DNA from: Desulfurivibrionaceae bacterium
Lineage (GTDB): Bacteria > Desulfobacterota > Desulfobulbia > Desulfobulbales > JAGXFP01
Length of the DNA stretch: 59,740 bases
Reading direction: 5' to 3'
Assembly: GCA_046484585.1 (NCBI GenBank)
Contig: JAWOIQ010000148.1
Span: forward strand, 1-59,740
The position numbers were made by a program, and so were the translations under genes. Position 1 is the first letter of the stretch. Each line of letters starts with the position of its first letter. Below are positions 40,384 through 49,498 of this stretch, one piece after another. The notes beneath the pieces were generated by a model. That model saw only the letters and a program-made list of their open reading frames with translations. It was not told where the DNA came from and did no database searches.

Positions 40384-43300
40384 TCAGTGAATGGTTTCCG
40401 GGCCGGCCGCTTCGGCGCTCGGCACTTTTTTCATGCCCCCGCCGGCCTTGATGACCCGGTTTTTGTTTTTACGACTCATGGTCTGGGCTCTGGAGCGTTC
40501 GATCTGTTTTTCGGAGGTCATCTTGACCAGTTCATAGATATCGAGAATCAGGGAGATCCGGCCGTCGCCGATGATCGTTGCTCCGGAGAAACCGCTCTCC
40601 TCCCGGAGGTAGTCGACCAGAGGCTTGATCACAACTTCTTCCTGGCCGATCAGCTCGTCGACCACCAGGCCGATCTCCTGCATGCCGGTGGTGACGATGA
40701 CCACGAAGGACTGGCTGATGTCCCTGCTGGCGCCTTCAATCCCGAAGACATCGGCCAGCCGGAAAATGGGCATGGTCGTATCGCGCATATGAATAACCTC
40801 GACGCCCTCGATGGTGGAGGTGTCATGTTCGAAGATCCGCAGGGTTTCTTCAACCACCGACAGGGGAATGGTGAAAAGTTCATCGCCGACCCGGACCATC
40901 AGGGCCTGGATGATGGCCAGGGTCAGGGGGATCTTGATCCGGATCATGGTCTGCACGCCCTGCTGGGACTCGACCTCGACGGTGCCGTTCAGCTTTTCGA
41001 TATTGGTTTTGATCACGTCCATGCCGACCCCGCGCCCCGAGGTTTCGGTGGCGGTTTCGGCGGTGGAGAAGCCCGGCATCATGATGAACCTTCTCGCCTC
41101 GGCATCGGAAATGCGGGAGATCTCCTGCTGGCTTATCAAGCCCTTGGCGACGGCCTTGCTCTTGATCTTGTCGATGTCGATGCCGCGGCCGTCATCGGTG
41201 ATTTCGATGACGATATGATTGCTTTCATGATAGGCTTCGAGGACCAGGGAGCCGGTTTCGTCCTTGCCCGCTTTGCGCCTTTCCTCCGGGGTTTCGAGGC
41301 CATGGTCGACCGCGTTGCGGATAATGTGGATCAGGGGGTCGGAGATTTCCTCGATCACCATTTTATCGAGTTCGGTTTCCTCGCCGCGAACTTCCAGATT
41401 GACTTTTTTGCCGGTCTTGTGGATCAGGTCGCGGACCAGGCGCGGGTAACGGTTGAAGAGCTGGGCCACCGGCAGCATCCTTATTTTCATTACACCTTCC
41501 TGAAGCTCGTTTGATACCCGGCCCAGGCCGACGGTGGCTTCGCCCAGCTTGAAGGTCAGTTCCCTGATCGGTTTCAAGCCCTTGGCGTCGAAGCCGCCTT
41601 CCTCCTTCATCTCCTGTTGAAACTCCTTCAGGTAGTTGAAGATCTGGGCAAAATAGGCGCGGCTGACCACCAGTTCGCCCACCTGGTTCATCAGCGAATC
41701 GATCTTGTCGGAGTCGACCCGGATGCTCTGCTTATAGGTGCGTTCACCGCCCTCCCGGCGTTCTTCCCGGCGGCGTTCAGTCCGGCGGCGTTCCTCCCCG
41801 CCGAGATCCGGCGTCGCGACTTCGCCTGTTGCCTCGACAGGTTCCTCGCCGCTTTCCGTCCCGCCCGGCTCTTCATCAAGCTCGGGGGCTGAGGGTGTTT
41901 CAATCGGGGCTTCCTCGTTTACAGAGGACGCCTCGCCAAACAACATCTCTTCCAGGATGCCGTGCAGGGGTTCCATGCCCTGCCGGTTGCCGCCGGCCAT
42001 GGCGGTGTCGATGGAGTCGCTCAGGGTTGCGAACAAATCATCTTCGTTGCTGCGATCTTCGCCGCCGGAAGAAGGTTCGGCCCGGGGGCCGTCCGTATTA
42101 TCGGCGAATAACCGAGGTTCCTCTTCGGGGCCGCTATCCGGCAAGTCCGGAAACAGAGCGCTCATCAAGTCAAGATAGTCGTTTATAAAACCCGGATCAT
42201 CATCCATTCCGGCTTCGCTGATCTGGGCGTGCCATCTCTCGTAGAGATCGACCAGGTTTGCGTATCCCATATAGTTAGCCGAGGACTTGAGTTTGGCGAC
42301 GCGGTCCCGGCAGAGTTCGAGCAGGTTTGTCCGGTCGCCGGTCCCGCCTTCGGCCATGGCCCGGCGGATTGAGCCAAGGTTTTCCGAAACCTGTTTGAGG
42401 AAGATTTCGAACAGTTCGTCGTCGTAAAGCTCTTCCGAAATTTCGGCCCTGATTGTTTCTTCATCGGTTGCACACACCCCGGCAACTGACGGAACGGCAA
42501 GGTCTTCGCCACCCTGGTTTTCCGCGAAAGGGTCGGCGGCGGCCGGTTGCGACTCGTTCAGCCGGGGGATGGTCCGGAAAATCAGGGCCAGATGATCGTC
42601 CATAAAAGAAAAATCGGTTTCGGCGGATTCCGCGAGGCGTTCCCCGGCGGCGGAAAGTTCGGCCTGCCAGAGATCGTAGAGGCCAACCAGATTGGCATAG
42701 CTCATATAGTTGGCGGAAGACCTGAGGTTTGCCAGCAGATCCCGGCAACTCGCGAAGCTCTCCGCGCCGTTCGCAGGATCGTGCAATTGCGCGGTCAGCT
42801 GCCGGAGTTTGTCGAGATTGTTCCTGGTCTGCCCGATGAAAATATCGAAGAGTTCCTCATCGTGTTCCTCTCCCCGCAGTTCATTGCGGATGAGTTCTTC
42901 GTAGAGCGGTTCGGAGGAGGAGGCGAACAGCTCTTCCTGGTCCGGCCGGTTTGGTGGCGAATCCTCACCGAAAAAATCACCCAGTATCGAGGTGTCGAGG
43001 TCGTCGTCTTGGATCGAAGCCGCCGAGCCGCCGGCGATAACGTCGTCCAGGATGGAAGTGTCGAGGGCTTCTTCCAGGGCACTCCTCAGATCGAGCTCAT
43101 CGGAGGGGGCTTCCGCCGGGGGCTCTTCAGGACAATCCAGGGCCGGCGGGGCCTCATCCGATAATGACAGGATCCTGGCCAGCAGGTCATCAATTTCGCT
43201 TTTCTCGGCCTGATTGATTTCGAGTTCCTTGGTGAGGTTAATCAACCGGTCCCGGGTTTCGATCAAGGTGTCGATGATATCCTGATTTACTTTCTTCTCA

Positions 43301-43539
43301 CCCTGGCGCAGAAGATCGAGTAGGTTTTCCATCTTGTGGGACAGTTCCGAAACCCTGGGCAGACCGACGAACTGCGAGGCCCCCTTGATGGTATGGATGG
43401 CCCGGAATATATCGTTGAGGATTTCAAGGTCATCCGGCTCCCTTTCGAGTTTGAGCAGGCCTGATTCCATCTCTTCAAGATGCTCGTTGGCTTCGGTGAT
43501 GAAATCCTGAAGTAGCGATAAATCAATCATGATATCCAC
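40384..43539 (-). CDS. cheA: Chemotaxis histidine kinase with extra pseudo-Hpt domains
   Basis: FRAIHTIKG Hpt, NQVGELV dimerisation, IRNAVDHG, DDGRG, SGRGVGMDV, PLTLAI, P5 domain. Confidence 0.95.
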   Translation of the reverse strand: MDIMIDLSLLQDFITEANEHLEEMESGLLKLEREPDDLEILNDIFRAIHTIKGASQFVGLPRVSELSHKMENLLDLLRQGEKKVNQDIIDTLIETRDRLINLTKELEINQAEKSEIDDLLARILSLSDEAPPALDCPEEPPAEAPSDELDLRSALEEALDTSILDDVIAGGSAASIQDDDLDTSILGDFFGEDSPPNRPDQEELFASSSEPLYEELIRNELRGEEHDEELFDIFIGQTRNNLDKLRQLTAQLHDPANGAESFASCRDLLANLRSSANYMSYANLVGLYDLWQAELSAAGERLAESAETDFSFMDDHLALIFRTIPRLNESQPAAADPFAENQGGEDLAVPSVAGVCATDEETIRAEISEELYDDELFEIFLKQVSENLGSIRRAMAEGGTGDRTNLLELCRDRVAKLKSSANYMGYANLVDLYERWHAQISEAGMDDDPGFINDYLDLMSALFPDLPDSGPEEEPRLFADNTDGPRAEPSSGGEDRSNEDDLFATLSDSIDTAMAGGNRQGMEPLHGILEEMLFGEASSVNEEAPIETPSAPELDEEPGGTESGEEPVEATGEVATPDLGGEERRRTERRREERREGGERTYKQSIRVDSDKIDSLMNQVGELVVSRAYFAQIFNYLKEFQQEMKEEGGFDAKGLKPIRELTFKLGEATVGLGRVSNELQEGVMKIRMLPVAQLFNRYPRLVRDLIHKTGKKVNLEVRGEETELDKMVIEEISDPLIHIIRNAVDHGLETPEERRKAGKDETGSLVLEAYHESNHIVIEITDDGRGIDIDKIKSKAVAKGLISQQEISRISDAEARRFIMMPGFSTAETATETSGRGVGMDVIKTNIEKLNGTVEVESQQGVQTMIRIKIPLTLAIIQALMVRVGDELFTIPLSVVEETLRIFEHDTSTIEGVEVIHMRDTTMPIFRLADVFGIEGASRDISQSFVVIVTTGMQEIGLVVDELIGQEEVVIKPLVDYLREESGFSGATIIGDGRISLILDIYELVKMTSEKQIERSRAQTMSRKNKNRVIKAGGGMKKVPSAEAAGPETIH

Positions 43540-43553
43540 TCTCTGATTAGTTA

Positions 43554-43695
43554 GTGCATGTCCATAAATGGTCTTTTTGCCCGATAACTTCGTCGCCGCG
43601 GAGTCGGAAAGTGCTCACGTACCTGAGTACGCTGCGCTTTTCCGACATCCTTGCTTTTCGTTCTCGGACAAAAATCCTCATTTATCGACAGACAC
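43554..43695. repeat. Palindromic element F
   Basis: Imperfect TIR GTGCATGTCCATAAATG / CATTTATCGACAGACAC, nested stems, centre CGTAC-CTGA-GTACG; supplies the stop codon of the upstream gene. Confidence 0.75.
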
Positions 43696-44434
43696 CAGGT
43701 TGCGATTTCCCGGCGTCGTTTTTGGCTAATGCCATATTTCCCCGCAAGGTTACGTCGAAGAATTCGAATTGGCTGGTGAGATCCTGCATCTGCACCAATT
43801 CCGCCCTGATTAGTTCGAGACGGTCCAGAATCTGTTCCCGGGAAACTCCCTGGGGTTTCTCCAGGGTTTTGATGGTCTCTTCGACAATCCCCAGATTGTG
43901 GTCGCTGAGATTCCAGACCAGCAGGAGAACCTCTTGCAGATTCATGGCCAGGGAGTTGACGTTTTCACCGATCGCGCCGATCGAACAGCCGGCGTTCTCG
44001 CTGTCCCGGACCAGACGGTCCAGGCGGCCGTCGGCCATGTCCCGGCTGAACTTCTCGAGTTTATCAAGGGGCTGAATAATGTTACGGACGAAAAAGACCA
44101 TAAACAGGATCAGGATGCCCGCCAGAACCAGGGTCATGACGGTCAAGCCGAATTCCAGGGCGACATGGGTGCGGGCCAGGGCTTCATTGCCGAGGGTTGC
44201 CGGGTTTTTGCCGGCTTGCTGTTTGTCGTCGGCAATGGCGATGGTATCCAAGATCGCCTCGCCCCGGTTATGGTGGTAAATGGCAACGACACTCAAGAGC
44301 GAAGCCAGCAGAATCAGGATGGTGAAAAAAACCAGGGTTTTCTGGTGGAGCCCGGAACCGATTACACCCAGCCGATTATTGGAGGGCCCGGAATCCATTT
44401 CCAATTTGGAGCTTAACAAAGCGCAGTTCTCCAT
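43682..44434 (-). CDS. 2TM-HAMP protein without a signalling domain
   Basis: Two TM helices, IIQPLDKLEKFSRDMADGRL...IGAIGENVNSLA HAMP, short coiled-coil tail; AAAGG RBS before ATG 44434. Confidence 0.75.
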   Translation of the reverse strand: MENCALLSSKLEMDSGPSNNRLGVIGSGLHQKTLVFFTILILLASLLSVVAIYHHNRGEAILDTIAIADDKQQAGKNPATLGNEALARTHVALEFGLTVMTLVLAGILILFMVFFVRNIIQPLDKLEKFSRDMADGRLDRLVRDSENAGCSIGAIGENVNSLAMNLQEVLLLVWNLSDHNLGIVEETIKTLEKPQGVSREQILDRLELIRAELVQMQDLTSQFEFFDVTLRGNMALAKNDAGKSQPGVCR

Positions 44435-44459
44435 TGTTATGTACCTTTTGGGCTGTGCC

Positions 44460-44630
44460 GAATATTCGTAACCGTTCAGCAGTACCACATCTTCGGACGA
44501 TCGGCCCGGCTTACGTACACGAGGTACGCGGCGCCGGTCCGCTTGTCCAAATCTGCGCCACTGCTGAACGGTTACAGGCCGGCAGTTTTGGGTACTTTGG
44601 CGACCGCCCCGGTGAACGGTTAAGAATATT
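44460..44630. repeat. Palindromic element G
   Basis: Perfect 16-bp TIR GTAACCGTTCAGCAGT (44468-44483) / ACTGCTGAACGGTTAC (44560-44575); centre CGTAC-ACGAG-GTACG; second right end TGAACGGTTAAGAATATT at 44613-44630. Confidence 0.8.
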
Positions 44631-44656
44631 AAGGCCTGAACCCTGGGGAGCGGTGG

Positions 44657-45010
44657 TCATATTCCGTTGATCAGATCCAGGATTTCGGCGGCCTTGTACT
44701 TGTTGACGAAACCGACGGCGCCCATCTCCTCCACCTCTTTCTGGTACTTCGCCTCGTTAAGGTTCGAGAGGAAGATGATCTGGGCGTTCGCGTCAAGATT
44801 TAAAATCTCCCTGGCGGCGGTAATGCCGTCCATGCCCCGCATGGTGATGTCCATGGTCACCAGATCCGGTTTCAACTCCTGATACATCTCAACCGCCTCT
44901 TCCCCGCTTTTGGCCTGGCCGATTACGATGTGGCCGGGGGGATTCAGGATATTGGCGATCATTTTTCGCATCATCGATGAATCATCAACTACCAGAATGC
45001 GTTTACTCAT
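44657..45010 (-). CDS. cheY: Single-domain response regulator
   Basis: ILVVDDS, PDLVTMDITM, conserved Lys; located within the che cluster. Confidence 0.85.
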   Translation of the reverse strand: MSKRILVVDDSSMMRKMIANILNPPGHIVIGQAKSGEEAVEMYQELKPDLVTMDITMRGMDGITAAREILNLDANAQIIFLSNLNEAKYQKEVEEMGAVGFVNKYKAAEILDLINGI

Positions 45011-45011
45011 G

Positions 45012-45530
45012 CTATTCGTCCCCTTCGGCTTCATCCATTGACTTTAGTTTCTTGAACTCTTCCTGCAACAGAATCCGTTTAAAATCGAGGAGGATCAGCA
45101 GCTGGGCGCCGATATCGCAAACCCCCCGCAGATACTGGCTTTCCAGCCCGGCCTTGATGATGTCGGGCGGCGCTTCGATGGTGTTCTCCTGGATCTTTAT
45201 AACCTCGGTTACCGAGTCGACAATAAAGCCGGTGGTCTTGTTCTGGATATCGAGGATCAATATCCAGGTGTCATCGTGATCGGACTCGCTGCTCAGTAAA
45301 CTCAAGCGTTTACGCAGATCGATAACCGGCAGGATGTTGCCGCGCAGGTTGATGACTCCTTCCACGAATTCCGGTGAGTTTGGAACCGGGGTTATCGGGG
45401 CGGCCCGGATGATCTCCTGAACCATTAAGATATCGACACCGAACAGCTCCTTGCCGATCGTGAAACCGACCAGCTGCATCAACTCCTGTTCGGCTTCAAG
45501 TTTCTCGGTAGCTGCATACCTGTCAGCCAT
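45012..45530 (-). CDS. cheW: Chemotaxis coupling protein
   Basis: FGVDILMVQEII, VPNSPEFVEGVINLRGNILPVIDL, GFIVDSV. Confidence 0.95.
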   Translation of the reverse strand: MADRYAATEKLEAEQELMQLVGFTIGKELFGVDILMVQEIIRAAPITPVPNSPEFVEGVINLRGNILPVIDLRKRLSLLSSESDHDDTWILILDIQNKTTGFIVDSVTEVIKIQENTIEAPPDIIKAGLESQYLRGVCDIGAQLLILLDFKRILLQEEFKKLKSMDEAEGDE

Positions 45531-45696
45531 GGCGTGGTTTCTCCCTTCACTGGTAAAATTTTTGGTCAGCCGCGGAAAAGGGCAACCGGGTTTTTGAGTT
45601 AAAAAAACAGCAGCGCCGCCGCGGGGTGGATGGGTTTGAGCGAAAACACACCCCGCGCGGCGACATCGAGTATCAAAAACCAGCGGTTCCGGCCGG

Positions 45697-48255
45697 TTAA
45701 GCCCGCTGTACCTTGAACTGCTCAACCTGAAGTTTCAGGGCCTGGGACTGGCTTTGCAGCTCGTCGGTAATATTCATTACGATTCCGGCGCCTTCGGAGG
45801 TCTGGGTCGCCGCCGCCGAGGACTGGTTCGAAATTTCCATTACCGCCTGGGACCGTTTGGCCTGCTCGCCGGTCATCACTGCCATTTCCTTGGTCCGGCT
45901 GACGATCTCGTGCATTTCCGTGTTGATGTCGGCGGCGCCCTGGTTGGCCTGCCGGACCTGTTCGGTGATTTCCGCCGATTTTTCCTGCAGGGCCTTCAGG
46001 GCGGCCTCGGCGGCCTGCCGACGGGGACCCTGCTCAATAGCCATCGCACCGATGTTCTCGGCCAGATCGTTGAGCTCCTTCATCAGGGTCTGCACCTGGC
46101 CGGTGCTTTTGGCCAGCATGGTCGAGACCGTGGAGATCTCGGTGATCGCCTCCATGTTTACCTTGCCGCTCTCGTCGATCCTGGCAAGCGCCTTTCGGGA
46201 ACTGTCGGTCAACTGGGTTCCCTCTGTTACCCGGCTGGTCGAATCCTTGATAAGCTGGGTGATCTCCTTGGCGGCCTCCGAGGAGCGCTGGGCGAGTTTA
46301 CCAACTTCGTCGGCAACAACCGCGAAACCTTTACCGTGGGCGCCGGCCCGGGCCGCCTCGATAGCGGCGTTAAGGGCGAGGAGGTTGGTCTGCTCGGCAA
46401 TATCGGTAATAACCCCGATGATCTCGGAGATTTGCTCGGAAGATTCGGAGATGGAGCGCATACCTTCAACGGTGGCGGCAACCGAGTTGCTGCCTTCCTC
46501 GGCCGCGGCCAGGGAGGCGGTGCCGTGCTCGGTGGCCCGGGCAACCGCTTTGTTCATCTCATCCACCGCCTTGGCGATTTCGTTTACCGAAGCGGTAACG
46601 CTGACCACCATCTTGCCCTGCTCCTGGGCGGTGGCGGCAACCTTGCCGCCGGTCTCGCCCATCTCGGCCACCCTGGCGGCGGCTTCCTGGGCTTCCCGGT
46701 TCTGGGCCTCGGCGGCCTCGGCGGCCTCTTTCATCGATTGCAGCAGAGCTTCCAGGGTCTTGGTTGATTTGGTCGCCGCGTTTTTCTGACCGGTGGAGGC
46801 CTGGTTGACCATACCGGCGGTGCCGGCCATTTCCTTGATGATCGAGGCGGCCCGGGAGGTTTGCTCCACCTCGTGATCGGCCCTTGTCTTGTTGCCCGAA
46901 GCGCGTTTAGCCACCTCGCCGGCGCCGGTTGCCACCTGCTGGGAGGCGTTGGTTACCTCGACGAATGACCTGTTCAGCTCGTCAATCATGGAGTTGAAGT
47001 CACCCGCCATCATGCCTACCTCGTCCTGGCCCGCAACCGGAACCTTGATGGTCAGATCCTTCTCCCGGGCAACTTTCCGGATCAGGTTGGCGATACCGGC
47101 AATCGGCACCGAGATTGCCTGGGCGATGAAGTAGGCGATCAGGAAGGCGAAGAAGGTCCCGATAATGATACCGGCGATATTCTGCACAGTCGCGGCGGCC
47201 GTAGTGCGGTCGGCGGCGGCATTCGCGGCCTGGATAATCTCTTTCGCATCCGCCTCTACCTGTCCAACCTTGTCGGCAAGGACGATACCGAGGTTGTCGA
47301 TCGAGGTATCGAGATCGGCCAGGGTCTGCTCGATTTTGACGGTGGCGGCGTGATTGTCCATAACCCGCATGGCGGCCGGTTCGAACCGGTTGTTGAGCAT
47401 GGTCAGGGTCGTGGCGGCCATCGACTTCAGATTGCTGTCGGTAAGGGCCCTGATCTGCCCCATATTTTTGGTGTTGGCGCCCTTTGCCATGCCGTTCAGC
47501 CAGATTTTGGCCTTGTCGATATGTTCGGCGAATTCTTGCCGGAACGCGGCATGTTCGGCGCTGTCGGATGACTGGACAAATTCTTCAATGGCCAATCGGG
47601 CGGCGCCGGTCGACAGGGCGATTTCCATGGAAAGGTCTTTCCATTTATTCTCCCTCTCGGCCAACGACTGGACCGAGGTTCCCGAGCGGATCGCCGAATC
47701 GACCAGCCCGTCGACGCCCTCTTCCAGTTCGGTCAGCGCGGCCAGCAGCTCCCGGAAGGATCCTTTCATGTTCGCCATCCCTGCCGCTTCTTCTTTTTCG
47801 GCGGCAAACTTGGCGTTCATGTTCCGGTAAACCTCCTGCATCTGCGGAGTGAATTCGGCGTCGTGCATTCTGGCGGCCTCGGCGACCTCATTGGCCAGCT
47901 TCTGGTCTTCAACCTTATAGATGGTGCCCATCGCGGTTTCGCCGCCCTTGAGAATCGCCGCGGCGTAACCGTCGAATTCCGCGTCGAACTCCTGGTGCTC
48001 CCGCCACATCTCGTCGAGTTCGGCCTTGTCCCCGGCGGTGAGGATCTCCATGAGGATCAAGCGGTCGTTGGTCAGGGCCAGGTCCATTTCCATCGAGGCG
48101 TCGGCTACGGAGGCCGCCTTGTTGACCTCGGTCATCGCGCCCCTGATCGCCGAGATGTTAAAATATCCCAATCCACCGACGATCAAGAGCACAAGGATTA
48201 CCGGCGTGAAGCCGAGCAACAGTTTGTTCTGGATCTTTAAGTTTTTCCAATTCAA
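45697..48255 (-). CDS. Methyl-accepting chemotaxis protein with very long signalling domain
   Basis: TTG start with AAGGAGG RBS; 2 TM, HAMP (GQDEVG), [20 protein letters not shown]...GFAVVADEV. Confidence 0.95.
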   Translation of the reverse strand: MNWKNLKIQNKLLLGFTPVILVLLIVGGLGYFNISAIRGAMTEVNKAASVADASMEMDLALTNDRLILMEILTAGDKAELDEMWREHQEFDAEFDGYAAAILKGGETAMGTIYKVEDQKLANEVAEAARMHDAEFTPQMQEVYRNMNAKFAAEKEEAAGMANMKGSFRELLAALTELEEGVDGLVDSAIRSGTSVQSLAERENKWKDLSMEIALSTGAARLAIEEFVQSSDSAEHAAFRQEFAEHIDKAKIWLNGMAKGANTKNMGQIRALTDSNLKSMAATTLTMLNNRFEPAAMRVMDNHAATVKIEQTLADLDTSIDNLGIVLADKVGQVEADAKEIIQAANAAADRTTAAATVQNIAGIIIGTFFAFLIAYFIAQAISVPIAGIANLIRKVAREKDLTIKVPVAGQDEVGMMAGDFNSMIDELNRSFVEVTNASQQVATGAGEVAKRASGNKTRADHEVEQTSRAASIIKEMAGTAGMVNQASTGQKNAATKSTKTLEALLQSMKEAAEAAEAQNREAQEAAARVAEMGETGGKVAATAQEQGKMVVSVTASVNEIAKAVDEMNKAVARATEHGTASLAAAEEGSNSVAATVEGMRSISESSEQISEIIGVITDIAEQTNLLALNAAIEAARAGAHGKGFAVVADEVGKLAQRSSEAAKEITQLIKDSTSRVTEGTQLTDSSRKALARIDESGKVNMEAITEISTVSTMLAKSTGQVQTLMKELNDLAENIGAMAIEQGPRRQAAEAALKALQEKSAEITEQVRQANQGAADINTEMHEIVSRTKEMAVMTGEQAKRSQAVMEISNQSSAAATQTSEGAGIVMNITDELQSQSQALKLQVEQFKVQRA

Positions 48256-48372
48256 GGCACCCTCCTCCTTTTGTGAGTTTGCTTAATTCAGTTGTAGTTT
48301 TTTCGTAAAAATATGCTTAAGCGGCCCCGCGGCCGCAGTTCTTCCCGGCTGAAACCGCCCCGTCTCCAGGGG

Positions 48373-49413
48373 TCAGGCACAACATAAATTTATCGCCGCG
48401 GCCAGGCCGGTGTCACCTACGACAAACTTTGTCCGGCATCTGGCCAGGGCGTTTTCGGGCATTTCCCGGTACATGCATGATCGCGGTTTCTGGACGACGG
48501 CCTCGCCGCCGTGGGCGATGATTTCGCCGAGGCCTTCGGCTCCGTCGTCGCCGGTGCCGGAGAGGATCACGCCTACGCTCTTCCGGCCGACCAACTCCGC
48601 GGTCGACAGCATCAGCATGTCTATTGCGCCGCGCCGGGTCGAGAAGGGGGCCGGGCTGACATGGAGCAGAAATTCACCGTCCTCTTCGCGGATGGTTATG
48701 TACTCGTCCCCGGAGCCTATGTAGCAGACCCCTTTTTTCAAGGGGGCGCCCTCGGCAGCCCTTCTGACCGGCAGCTCTGAACATCGGTCCAGATAATCGA
48801 CAAAAGCGTCGATGTGCTCGGTGGCCGCGTAAAGGATTGCGATGCAGGCGGCGGACAGTCCGGGGTCGAGGCCGGGGATGAATTTCAGCAGGGCGCTGTA
48901 ACCGCCCTCGGCCGCGCCGATGATGACAATTCTTTTTATTATCTCGTCGCTGGTTCCGGCGGCGGCCGGAGATTTTCGGACCCCGGTTCTGATGAATTGC
49001 ATGGCCTCCAGTTCCACTCCGGCGGCGGTTGCTACCTTGTCGGTTATTTTAGCGGTTTGATCCCGCATGTCGCCGGCGAGGGAGGATGGTTTGGCGAGGA
49101 AGTCCACGGCCCCGTATTTCAGGGAGTCGAAGGTCACGGTGGCGCCGTCCCTGGTGAGGGTGCTGAGCATTATGGTCGGAGTCGGGAATTGGATCATCAT
49201 GTGCTTCAGGGTGGTGATGCCGTCCATTCCCGGCATGTTGACGTCCAGGACGATCACATCCGGGCTCAACCGGGGAATCAGCCGCAGGGCCTCGCTGCCG
49301 TTCACCGCCTCGCCCACAACCTCCATGGCGTTGTTGGCCGCGAAGATGTCCTTGACCGCTTTTCGCATCAAGCCTGAGTCGTCGACAATCAGTATTCTGG
49401 TTTTTCGGGCCAT
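48373..49413 (-). CDS. cheB: Second CheB-like response regulator with degenerate methylesterase site
   Basis: Intact receiver (VDDS, LDVNMP, KP); GAAEGG in place of GASTGG, LYA in place of QHM, GDDGA retained. Confidence 0.85.
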   Translation of the reverse strand: MARKTRILIVDDSGLMRKAVKDIFAANNAMEVVGEAVNGSEALRLIPRLSPDVIVLDVNMPGMDGITTLKHMMIQFPTPTIMLSTLTRDGATVTFDSLKYGAVDFLAKPSSLAGDMRDQTAKITDKVATAAGVELEAMQFIRTGVRKSPAAAGTSDEIIKRIVIIGAAEGGYSALLKFIPGLDPGLSAACIAILYAATEHIDAFVDYLDRCSELPVRRAAEGAPLKKGVCYIGSGDEYITIREEDGEFLLHVSPAPFSTRRGAIDMLMLSTAELVGRKSVGVILSGTGDDGAEGLGEIIAHGGEAVVQKPRSCMYREMPENALARCRTKFVVGDTGLAAAINLCCA

Positions 49414-49498
49414 GTTTTAACTTTAAAAAAGCTGATTCGTTGTTCGGGTTATCCCGTTTCTTGAGGACCGGCGGCAAACAGATGAGAGCAGGCCCCGG

